A stretch of DNA of 32,000 nucleotides from positions 660,001 through 692,000 of the forward strand of contig OZ252021.1 of the NCBI GenBank assembly GCA_965247685.1, in the 5' to 3' direction. The stretch comes from Bdellovibrionales bacterium. Lineage in GTDB: Bacteria; Bdellovibrionota; Bdellovibrionia; Bdellovibrionales; UBA1609. Shown here in pieces: positions 17,962-25,931 of this stretch; positions within the stretch are counted from its first letter, which is position 1, and each line of letters starts with the position of its first letter. The notes under the pieces were generated by a model, which did no database searches, was not told the DNA's origin, and saw only the letters and a list, made by a program, of their open reading frames with translations. The position numbers and the translations under genes were made by a program.

Positions 17962-18765
17962 ATGAATTTCTTAAATATTAAAAGATTGCTGTTTATTTTG
18001 TTTGTCATCATTATTCCATTGTTATTGATCAATTTTTCAAGAAAAAGCGTTGAAGAAAATCTATTCTACCAAATAAGCTCTTTCATAACACACAAATCTC
18101 GTTTACTTTTCTCTTCGTACACTCGCTCTATCCAAGAGACTATATCTCATTATCTATTTTTACTTCAAGTCAAAAAAAATATTTATCGATTAAAAAATGA
18201 GAATGCTCAGTTAAAAATAAAACTCATGGAAATGAAAGAAATAAGGATGGAAAATGATAGATTAAATCAAATGCTTCGATTTGCTCAGAAAAAAACATTT
18301 CAACTTGTTCCCGTTCGAATTATTGCATTAGATCCTTTGCCTGAACATCATTTGATTACAGTGAATAAAGGTCTTGAAGATGGCATTAAAAAAAACATGG
18401 GCGTGGTGAATGAAAAAGGAGTGGTGGGTTATATTTTTCGAGTCAGCTCGAAAACTTCTCAGGTACTTATGCTTTCAGATCGAAATGCTGTGATTCCTGC
18501 TAATATTCAAAGATCTCGAGTGTCGAGTATCGTGGAAGGGGAGAATCAAAAAACTCTTCGATTAAAATATATTAAAAATAATGATGATGTTCAAATCAAT
18601 GATAAAGTGGTCACTAGTGGCATTGATAAGTGGTTTCCACCAGGACTTCCTATTGGTACAGTTTCAGAAATAAAGAAGGAAAAATATGGGATTAATCAAG
18701 AAGTAAAGGTTCGCCCTTTTGTTTCTTTAAGTCAAATTGAGGAATTATTTGTCATAGTGAGATAA
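17962..18765 (+). CDS. mreC: Rod shape-determining protein MreC
   Basis: 267 aa. N-terminal TM, coiled coil (LKNENAQLKIKLMEMKEIRMENDRLNQML), then beta-barrel repeats VVNEKGVVGYIFRVSSKTSQVLMLSD... VTSGIDKWFPPGLPIGTV. Followed by mreD. Confidence 0.9.
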   Translation: MNFLNIKRLLFILFVIIIPLLLINFSRKSVEENLFYQISSFITHKSRLLFSSYTRSIQETISHYLFLLQVKKNIYRLKNENAQLKIKLMEMKEIRMENDRLNQMLRFAQKKTFQLVPVRIIALDPLPEHHLITVNKGLEDGIKKNMGVVNEKGVVGYIFRVSSKTSQVLMLSDRNAVIPANIQRSRVSSIVEGENQKTLRLKYIKNNDDVQINDKVVTSGIDKWFPPGLPIGTVSEIKKEKYGINQEVKVRPFVSLSQIEELFVIVR

Positions 18766-18767
18766 GA

Positions 18768-19325
18768 ATGGTTCAGTTTTATAAATTACACCTTTTAAGG
18801 TTCTTTTTGTTTTTTTTAGTTCTCGTTATTTTTACTGTTTTACAAAGTTCAACGATTCTTCAAAGTATAAACCCTAATGTCTCTCCTCAATTATGGGTGA
18901 TCCTCATAGCTTATCTTTCTATTTATCATCATCCTGCTTTAACTGTGATTATGATTTATCTCACAGCACTTTTTTACTCGACCTTAACATCTTTTAGTTT
19001 TGCTCAAATCTTAGTTTTAAATTCTATGATTTTTCTTATTGCTCAGATGAGTGATAAATTAAATTTAAAAAATAAAAATATGTTTTTTCTATATTGTGCC
19101 TTATTTGTACTATTTTTGCCTTTGCTCAAATGGATAATTGTTCCTTTTGTGGTTAATGAACTAAGTAGATCTTTTTCTATTGTGAACTTGTTGATCACAG
19201 CATTCCTCACATTTGTATCTGCTGCTATTATCCATTTTTTATTCTTACGAATTGAATCTTGGATTCAATATTTAGAGGGTGTAATGGAGAAAAAAAATAT
19301 GAGGAAAAACTTTTATGTTTTTTAA
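18768..19325 (+). CDS. mreD: Rod shape-determining protein MreD
   Basis: 185-aa highly hydrophobic polytopic protein between mreC and the PBP2 gene. It overlaps the PBP2 start by 11 nt. Assigned mainly on position and topology. Confidence 0.7.
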   Translation: MVQFYKLHLLRFFLFFLVLVIFTVLQSSTILQSINPNVSPQLWVILIAYLSIYHHPALTVIMIYLTALFYSTLTSFSFAQILVLNSMIFLIAQMSDKLNLKNKNMFFLYCALFVLFLPLLKWIIVPFVVNELSRSFSIVNLLITAFLTFVSAAIIHFLFLRIESWIQYLEGVMEKKNMRKNFYVF

Positions 19326-21282
19326 GAATATGAGTGAATTAACTCGAACGGATAAAGAAGTAAAAAATCTTGCTCGAAAAATTTATTTAGCTCGATATAT
19401 TGTGGCTATTTTTTTTCTCATTATCACAAGTCGTTTATGGTATTTACAAATCGTCAAAGGTCCACACCTTCGGATGTATTCTGAAAATAACTATCTTAAA
19501 AAACAGAAAGTGGTTGCTCCTAGAGGTGTTTTTTTAAGTCGTAATAATAAGGTTTTAGCCTCTAATCAATTGCAGTTAGAACTTCAACTGACACCCCAAT
19601 ATTCTGCGGATATTCAAAAAGTATCCCAAGAAATAGCTCCTATTATTAAAATACCTAGTGAACGATTGGAAAAAAATATTATAGAAAGTAAAAAATATAA
19701 TGGCTTATTTTATCCCGTAACTTTGAAAAAACAACTGAGCATTAACCAAGTTTTTAAACTGAAAAGGCTGAGAGAGTTTTATCCAGAGATTAATATTAAC
19801 GAGTACATCATCCGTTTTTATCCTCTAGGTGAAAGGGCTTTTCATGTATTAGGCTACATGGGTGAAGTGTCTAAACAGCAATTAAAAAAATGGAATTATT
19901 TATTTGATGAAGCATTTTATTTTAAATCTGGTGATGTTATTGGGCAAAATGGAATTGAACAGATTTGGGAAAGAAACGTGAGGGGACATGATGGAGTTAA
20001 TTTTATTGAAGTGGATGCCTACTCTCGGCACATTTTACATCCATCCAAGAAATATTTATGGAACTTGAAGCCGCAAAAATATATACCAGGACATCACTTA
20101 GTTTTAACCATAGATGAGGATATACAAAACGCAGCCTTTAAAGCTATGAATAGAAAAGATGCTATTGGTCCTCGAAATGGAGCGGTAGTGGTGATGAAAA
20201 CTAATGGAGAGATTTTAGCTTTAGTGAGTTCTCCAAGTTATGATCCCAATAAATTTTCTGCTGTGTTATCTAGTGAATCTTGGAAGGAAATTAGAAAACA
20301 ACCATCCAAACTTTTGTTGAATAAAGCAATTCAAAATCATTATCCCCCAGGATCTATTATAAAACCCTTTGTCACTTTTGCTGCTCTACAAGAGGGTTTA
20401 TTAAAACCAGACACTTTAATAAATTCTCCGTCTAGAATTCGTGTGGGAAGAAGAATCTTTCACGATCATAAGCAAACAGGGTATGGAGAGATTAACCTTT
20501 TTCAAGCCATTGAAGAATCTTCAAATACATTTTTTTATCAAATAGGCCGGCAACTTGGAATGGATAAAATGGCAAGTTACTTTAAACTTTTTGGGCTTGG
20601 AGAAAAAACAAAAATAAAACTTCCAGGAGAGATATTTGGATTTATTCCCACATCCAGATGGAAAGAAAAAACATTCAATAAGAAATGGCAAAAGGGAGAA
20701 GATTTAGTTCATGCTATAGGGCAAGGTTATATATTAGTGACGCCATTACAAGTTGCAATTGCATTTAACGCCATAGCTACAAAGGGTAAGATTGTTCGAC
20801 CTTTTTTAGTGAGAAGAATTGTTAATTCCAAGGATGAAGTTGTCAAAGAGTTTGTAGAAAAACGAACGAATGATTTAAGTGAGTATATTGATACTCAGCA
20901 TTTTGAAACAGTTCAAAAAGCCCTCACTCAAGTTGTACATGGTCCAAAAGGTACAGCTCGATGGTGGAAGGTGAAGGGTTATAAAATGGCAGGTAAAACA
21001 GGGACGAGCCAAGTTCACTCTTTTAAAAAAGGTGAAGTTTATAAAGATTGTCGTCAAAAAGAAATTCAAAGAAGGAATCATGGGTGGTTTGTAGCTTTTG
21101 CTCCAGTAGAAAAACCTGAGATTGTGGTTTCTGTTTTAACAGAACACTCTTGTTTTGGATCGAGTGGATCGGCTCCTGTGGCAAGAGATATTATACGGGC
21201 CTATTTGAAAAAATATTCACAAGCTCCTCGTTTATCTACAGTTCAACAGAAATTAAAAATTCAACCTTTAGAGAGAAGCTGA
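19315..21282 (+). CDS. mrdA: Penicillin-binding protein 2 (elongasome transpeptidase)
   Basis: 655 aa with an N-terminal TM. Motifs SxxK (PGSIIKPF), SxN (EESSNTFFY) and KTGT (AGKTGTSQV). Located between mreD and rodA. Confidence 0.93.
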   Translation: MFFKNMSELTRTDKEVKNLARKIYLARYIVAIFFLIITSRLWYLQIVKGPHLRMYSENNYLKKQKVVAPRGVFLSRNNKVLASNQLQLELQLTPQYSADIQKVSQEIAPIIKIPSERLEKNIIESKKYNGLFYPVTLKKQLSINQVFKLKRLREFYPEININEYIIRFYPLGERAFHVLGYMGEVSKQQLKKWNYLFDEAFYFKSGDVIGQNGIEQIWERNVRGHDGVNFIEVDAYSRHILHPSKKYLWNLKPQKYIPGHHLVLTIDEDIQNAAFKAMNRKDAIGPRNGAVVVMKTNGEILALVSSPSYDPNKFSAVLSSESWKEIRKQPSKLLLNKAIQNHYPPGSIIKPFVTFAALQEGLLKPDTLINSPSRIRVGRRIFHDHKQTGYGEINLFQAIEESSNTFFYQIGRQLGMDKMASYFKLFGLGEKTKIKLPGEIFGFIPTSRWKEKTFNKKWQKGEDLVHAIGQGYILVTPLQVAIAFNAIATKGKIVRPFLVRRIVNSKDEVVKEFVEKRTNDLSEYIDTQHFETVQKALTQVVHGPKGTARWWKVKGYKMAGKTGTSQVHSFKKGEVYKDCRQKEIQRRNHGWFVAFAPVEKPEIVVSVLTEHSCFGSSGSAPVARDIIRAYLKKYSQAPRLSTVQQKLKIQPLERS

Positions 21283-22418
21283 TGGGTTTATATCGTGATT
21301 TGAGTGGTAAATTTTTAGTGAAATCGAGTTGGCTTTCTAAGTTAAATTTTCAATTCCTTTATCTGATTGGGGCTCTCATTATAGCTTCATTAATCAATTT
21401 TTACAGCATTACTCACGCTATTGATTCTCAAATTTCTTCTTTGTTTTGGACTCAGGTAATGTGGATTATTTTGGGATTAGGGGTATTTTGTACTTTATCT
21501 TTTTTGGATTATAAAATATTTTGCCGCTTCAGTTATCTTATTTATGGGGTGAATGTTTTAGCTCTTATATTAGTTTTATTTTTTGGAAAAAATTTTAATG
21601 GAGCTCAAAGATGGTTTGATTTTTCTTTATTGTCTTATCAACCTTCAGAAACTATGAAGCTTGCTATGATATGTATTTTATCTTACCTTCTTGCTAAAAA
21701 AAGCACTCAGTTTGTTTACGGGTTTAAACAAATTTTTTGGATAGCTCTCTTAATAACTCTTCCTTTTGTTTTAGTTGTGATGCAACCTGATTTGGGAACG
21801 GCGCTTCTGATAACTATTCAATCTTTCAGTGTGCTTTGTTTTGTGAAAATGGGCCGCAAATTATTAATTTTTTTATTTGCTGTTTTGTTAGTCATTATTC
21901 CCACAATGTGGGTTTTTGTTTTAAAGGATTATCAAAAGAATCGCATATTAATGTTTATGTCTTCTGAAAAAGATCCTTACGGAGCAGGGTACAATACTAT
22001 TCAATCTAATATTGCTGTAGGGAGCGGACAAGTTTTTGGTAAGGGTTTTAAAAAGGGGACTCAGGCTCAATTTAAATTTTTACCTGAAAGACATACGGAT
22101 TTTGTGTTTAGTGTTTTTAGTGAAGAGCATGGTTTTTTTGGAAGTTTATCCATTATCATTCTTTATCTAATCTTAATATTAAGTATCTTTAAGATTGCCA
22201 TGCAGTCGAGAGATAAGGAGGGGGTTTATTTATGCTTAGGAGTGGCATCCATTATTTTTTGGCACATGTTTATTAATATTTCTATGGCTATTGGAATACT
22301 GCCTGTTGTGGGAGTACCCTTACCTCTTTTTTCTTATGGAGGATCGAATATGCTGACAATTTTTGTTGCTTTGGGATTAGTTTCTTCCGTGTCAAATAGC
22401 AGATATATTTATTCTTGA
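21282..22418 (+). CDS. rodA: SEDS-family peptidoglycan glycosyltransferase RodA
   Basis: SEDS motifs MQPDLGTALL, LPERHTDFVFSVFSEEHG, GVPLPLFSYGGS. The start is placed at the ATG that overlaps the mrdA TGA stop (cTGATGg). The track ORF from 21150 would run 132 nt inside mrdA. Confidence 0.9.
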   Translation: MGLYRDLSGKFLVKSSWLSKLNFQFLYLIGALIIASLINFYSITHAIDSQISSLFWTQVMWIILGLGVFCTLSFLDYKIFCRFSYLIYGVNVLALILVLFFGKNFNGAQRWFDFSLLSYQPSETMKLAMICILSYLLAKKSTQFVYGFKQIFWIALLITLPFVLVVMQPDLGTALLITIQSFSVLCFVKMGRKLLIFLFAVLLVIIPTMWVFVLKDYQKNRILMFMSSEKDPYGAGYNTIQSNIAVGSGQVFGKGFKKGTQAQFKFLPERHTDFVFSVFSEEHGFFGSLSIIILYLILILSIFKIAMQSRDKEGVYLCLGVASIIFWHMFINISMAIGILPVVGVPLPLFSYGGSNMLTIFVALGLVSSVSNSRYIYS

Positions 22419-22454
22419 TAGACAATATCAACATTTTTTTATTATTCTGCATGT

Positions 22455-23663
22455 ATGAATATTATTACACATCTTCTTTTGTTGCTTGCCTGCTCTCGTT
22501 TTTTAGGCCGTTTATTTAAGTCTATTGGTTTTTCACCTATTATAGGTGAGGTGCTGGCAGGTCTTCTCTTAAGTCCTACTGTCTTTAATGTTGTTTCTCC
22601 CTCTAAAGAACTCAACGGTATTATTGAACTAGGTATTTTTCTTATGATTTTTGCAGCTGGGCTTGAAATGGACTTACAAGATATATTTGGAGCCATGAGA
22701 AAAAAAGCTGTACTCTGCGCTTTAGTAGGATGTCTTTTCTCTTTTTGTTCAGGGTTAGGTATTGGATATATCTGGGATTTATCTTTATTTTCTTCATTCA
22801 TACTGAGTTTATGCTTTTCTATAACAGCTCTTCCCATAGTGATTCGCTTCATGAATAATTTTAAATTTATGGATACAGCTATAGGTCATACTGTGATGGG
22901 TTCCGCAGTTATTTTAGATGTATTAGTTTTATTATTTTTAGGTGTAATTTTAAATATTCAAAATGTGAGTAACTATTTGGAAGTGTTTCGAATAGTGAGT
23001 TCAAAAATGATAGGAATGGTTTTGTTTTTTATCATTGTTATGCTCGTAAATAAATTTTTAAGATCAGAGCTTTTAAGTATGCCCCAGTCACAAAATTTGA
23101 TTAAAAAATTTATGAGTTATCTAGGGGAAGAAGCTTTTTTTGGTATAGGAGTGGCATTTGTTTTAATATTTAGTACAACGACAGAAGCTTTAGGTTTTCA
23201 TTTTATTATAGGAGCTTTTTTTGGAGGGCTATTGCTCAATAAAGATGTGATCGGAGTGAATGCTTTCAAGTCTATGAGTAGAACGCTTCATGCTATTACA
23301 GATCATTTTTTAACTCCCATATTTTTTGCATCTATTGGTCTTTATTTTTCTATTGAAGCTTTTGAACAGCCGTGGATGCTTTTATCCATCATGGGAGTTG
23401 CTTATCTATCAAAAATAGTAGGTTCTGGAATAGGAGCTCGTTGGGCAGGTTTTAATTTTATAGAGTCTTGGAAGGTAGGTATTGCTTTAAATTCAAGGGG
23501 CATTTTAGACTTAATTGTGGCTGAAATTGCCTTTTCTAGAGGGTATGTTGATTCTAAAATATTTTCTATTTTGATTTGTACAAGTTTAGCCAGTTTTATC
23601 ATTAACCCTGTTTTATTTAGGCAGTTGATTCGTAAAAAAGATGGTGCCCAAGGCCAGACTTGA
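22455..23663 (+). CDS. Cation:proton antiporter (CPA/Kef-NapA-like Na+/H+ exchanger family)
   Basis: 402 aa with about 11-12 TM segments. Typical N-terminus LLLLLACSRFLGRLFKSIGFSPIIGEVLAGLLLSPTVF. The last 22 nt overlap the 3' end of the antisense tRNA-Leu gene. Confidence 0.8.
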   Translation: MNIITHLLLLLACSRFLGRLFKSIGFSPIIGEVLAGLLLSPTVFNVVSPSKELNGIIELGIFLMIFAAGLEMDLQDIFGAMRKKAVLCALVGCLFSFCSGLGIGYIWDLSLFSSFILSLCFSITALPIVIRFMNNFKFMDTAIGHTVMGSAVILDVLVLLFLGVILNIQNVSNYLEVFRIVSSKMIGMVLFFIIVMLVNKFLRSELLSMPQSQNLIKKFMSYLGEEAFFGIGVAFVLIFSTTTEALGFHFIIGAFFGGLLLNKDVIGVNAFKSMSRTLHAITDHFLTPIFFASIGLYFSIEAFEQPWMLLSIMGVAYLSKIVGSGIGARWAGFNFIESWKVGIALNSRGILDLIVAEIAFSRGYVDSKIFSILICTSLASFIINPVLFRQLIRKKDGAQGQT

Positions 23664-23953
23664 ACTGGCACGGCTCTTACAAGCCCCAGGATTTTCATAC
23701 TCGCTACAGTTTTCACTGCTCCCTATAGAAGAGGATTTGGAGTCTGGACTCTGCCTTCACCATAGTTGAACCTTAAGTGCTATCCGTCGAGTCTCTACAC
23801 CTTCAATCTCTCTTTGATATCAGAGAGACAGCTTGGCTCGGCGTTGCCATCTTACAGGTTTCGCCGAATTTGAACAGTTCTACTCAGTTAGTTTCCCTAT
23901 ACTGGCACTCAATTCTTTAAGTCCTGTGCGTCTACCAATTCCGCCACTCGGGC
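23642..23953 (-). tRNA. trnL: tRNA-Leu(UAA), split gene: exon 1 at 23953-23919 (35 nt), group I intron at 23918-23696, exon 2 at 23695-23642 (54 nt, CCA encoded)
   Basis: The joined exons give an 89-nt class II cloverleaf. Acceptor stem GCCCGAG/CTTGGGC (one G-U); D arm TGGCGGAATTGGTAGACGC; anticodon stem CAGGA/TCCTG with loop CTTAAAA; variable arm GGCT-TGTAAG-AGCC; T arm GCCAG-TTCAAGT-CTGGC; A73 and CCA. Confidence 0.9.
23696..23918 (-). ncRNA. Group I intron (223 nt, no ORF) inserted between U34 and A35 of tRNA-Leu(UAA)
   Basis: Starts AAAGAATTGAGTGCC and ends GCGAGTATG (terminal G). P1 can form as exon ACUU with intron GAGU, giving a U-G wobble at the splice site. Core blocks: GGCAACGCCGAGCCAAGC, GAAGGTGTAGAGACTCGACGG, GGCAGAGTCCAGACTCC. 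P7 candidate GACTC/GAGTC. Hairpins CAGTATAG-GGAAA-CTAACTG, TCTCTCT-N8-AGAGAGA and CAGT-GAAA-ACTG. Confidence 0.85.
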
Positions 23954-23967
23954 ACGCATCTTCGTCC

Positions 23968-23996
23968 ATGCTAAGTCTTTTTTAGTGAAATTTCAA
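23968..23996 (-). promoter_or_regulatory. Candidate sigma-70-type promoter for the split tRNA-Leu gene
   Basis: The minus strand reads TTGAAA-17 nt-TAGCAT, with the -10 ending 14 nt upstream of tRNA position 1. This is a pattern match only. Confidence 0.35.
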
Positions 23997-24131
23997 GAAA
24001 GGAGGCTATAAAGTGTGAAAAATATTGATCCTTTTATGAATTGATAGATAAGATATTTAAGATAAAGATTTTTCAGTATTTTTTATCCATCCATTTGAGA
24101 TTATCTTTATATTTTTTCGGAGGTTCTGGAG

Positions 24132-25067
24132 ATGCTAGGTTTTAAAAGCTTATGGACAACTTTATCTGACTGGAAAATCGTAGGGCAAACTCTTATTCAA
24201 AGTATTCGTTTGTATCCCCGCCTGATTTTATGGAATTCTCCATTGGTGATTATTGTTGTAGTTTTGTCCTATATTTATTTTAATTTTATTATAAATTTTG
24301 ACAAACTCTTTATAGCTCCCTCTTTGAAAATGATGTATCTGTCTCTGATTCAATTCTGCTTTATGGTCATCGTTTGGTCTTTCGTAATATTTCTTATTCC
24401 TTATCAACTTTATAATTACTTTATGAAGCAAAAAGATTCAAAAATCTTAAAATTTAAGCAATTTTTAAAAAAGCATCTTTGGCCTGTAATTATAGAGACT
24501 TTGAAAGCTTTTATTGTTGCAGGAGGGTATGCAGGAGCAGGATTAGCAACTTGGTGTATTCTTTTTGTTCTCTCTGTATATTTTATCGATGGTTTAAGAG
24601 AGCAAGTGCAAGAGTTAGTTATTTCTATGATGACTTTGCTGGTGCAATCTCCAGAAAGTCTTAACATGAAGAGTTTTCTTGGAATTGTAATGAATTTAAA
24701 AGCTATAGGGATGCTTTTAATTTTATTTTTCCTTTGTTTAACCCCTTCTATTATAAAAGCTATTCAGTACATTATAGTTCCGTTTGTGGTGATTTTTAAT
24801 AAACAATTTTCTGTTGAAAGAAAATCTTTAAAAATATCAGAAAAATTATCCAACGGCTTAATTCTTCCATTTTTTCTGTTATTCTTATTATTTTACTTTC
24901 TCAGTTTATTTATTCCTTTAGATTTATGGTTTCAACAGATGGTAGGTGAACAGAATGTGCTTTTTGCTGCTTATATAAAGATCTTTTTAGGTTCATTGCA
25001 GTATATTTTTTATACTACTTTCTTCTGTATGATTTATTTTAATCAAGACAAAACAGTTCTTGAGTAG
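24132..25067 (+). CDS. Hypothetical polytopic inner-membrane protein (orphan)
   Basis: 311 aa with about 6-7 hydrophobic helices and no motif I recognise. GGAGG-like RBS (cggaggttctggag) upstream. Its TAG stop overlaps the GTG start of murI (TAGTG). Confidence 0.55.
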   Translation: MLGFKSLWTTLSDWKIVGQTLIQSIRLYPRLILWNSPLVIIVVVLSYIYFNFIINFDKLFIAPSLKMMYLSLIQFCFMVIVWSFVIFLIPYQLYNYFMKQKDSKILKFKQFLKKHLWPVIIETLKAFIVAGGYAGAGLATWCILFVLSVYFIDGLREQVQELVISMMTLLVQSPESLNMKSFLGIVMNLKAIGMLLILFFLCLTPSIIKAIQYIIVPFVVIFNKQFSVERKSLKISEKLSNGLILPFFLLFLLFYFLSLFIPLDLWFQQMVGEQNVLFAAYIKIFLGSLQYIFYTTFFCMIYFNQDKTVLE

Positions 25068-25858
25068 TGAAAAAGATAGGCTTATTTGATTCGGGAGTGG
25101 GTGGACTTTCTGTATTGAAAATGTTGATTCCGTACTTTCCTTCCGTCGATTTTATTTATTTCGCAGATACTCTTAATTTACCTTATGGAGAGAAAAATCA
25201 AAAAGAGTTAAAGCAGTATTGTGTCCAAGTTCAAAATTTTCTTATTTCTCAATCAGTAGATGTAATGATTGTAGCTTGTAACACAGCAAGCACTTTATAT
25301 GTGGGGAGTACACACTATAAAGAAGTTCCTTTATTTAATATTATCACTCCCACTGTTGAATCTGCTGTCTCTTTGAGTCATTTGAATGATAAAGTAGGGG
25401 TATTAGCGACTTCTTTTACCGTCTCTTCTGAAATCTATCCAGAACTTTTATTAAAAGCCTTACCCTCTTTGAAAGTGTACCAACAGGTTGCGTCCTTACT
25501 GGCGGGTGCGGTGGAGAAAAATATCAACTTTTTAGAAGAATCTCGTCCTCTTTTACAGAAATATCTCAATCCTTTAATGGAAAAAAAGATTGATACTTTA
25601 ATTTTAGGTTGCGCTCATTATTTTTTTCTATTGGATGAAATCAAAAAAATATTACCTTATGTTCAAATTATCTGCTCTTGTGGAGAAGGGCTTATTTCTA
25701 GGATAAATGAGTGCCTCAAAGGGGACTCAAAAGATCAAGAGTCTTCTATTTTTGTTTATGTGAGTAAAGATAGTCCTCATTTTACTTCTACAACTCAACA
25801 AATTTTAGATAACCATTCAGTGACCATTCAGGAAGTTGTTTTGAATTCAACTTCCTAA
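25067..25858 (+). CDS. murI: Glutamate racemase
   Basis: 263 aa. IGLFDSGVGGLSVL, catalytic Cys motifs VACNTAS and LGCAHYFFL, and FADTLNLPYGEK. Confidence 0.93.
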   Translation: MKKIGLFDSGVGGLSVLKMLIPYFPSVDFIYFADTLNLPYGEKNQKELKQYCVQVQNFLISQSVDVMIVACNTASTLYVGSTHYKEVPLFNIITPTVESAVSLSHLNDKVGVLATSFTVSSEIYPELLLKALPSLKVYQQVASLLAGAVEKNINFLEESRPLLQKYLNPLMEKKIDTLILGCAHYFFLLDEIKKILPYVQIICSCGEGLISRINECLKGDSKDQESSIFVYVSKDSPHFTSTTQQILDNHSVTIQEVVLNSTS

Positions 25859-25931
25859 GGTGAGTAGTTTTTGCTGTTGTTCAATTATATTTCAAAATAT
25901 ATTGTAAACTTTTCTTGGATTTTATCTTATT

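Noticed and set aside
21150-21281. N-terminal 44-codon extension of the rodA ORF in the six-frame track.
   Set aside because: It lies entirely inside the 3' end of mrdA in another frame. The ATG at 21282 overlaps the mrdA stop (TGATG), and the protein from there has a normal RodA N-terminus.
22442-22852. 136-aa minus-strand ORF.
   Set aside because: It is completely antisense to the well-supported antiporter gene. Its composition is K/R/S/P-rich low complexity, typical of a shadow ORF in AT-rich DNA.
23402-23716. 104-aa minus-strand ORF spanning the antiporter 3' end and the tRNA exon 2 / intron 3' end.
   Set aside because: It is explained by the antisense of the antiporter plus the structured RNA gene. 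It has no RBS and no coding-like features.
23642-23953. First reading of the tRNA-like 3' end (GTTCAAGTCTGGCCTTGGGCACCA) about 300 nt from a matching 5' acceptor strand suggested tmRNA (ssrA).
   Set aside because: The 5' part has a full D arm and anticodon stem ending CUU, and the 3' part resumes with AAAAUCCUG, so a normal tRNA-Leu(UAA) cloverleaf is restored. There is no resume codon or tag ORF and no tmRNA pseudoknot pattern. The internal 223 nt carry group I core blocks instead.
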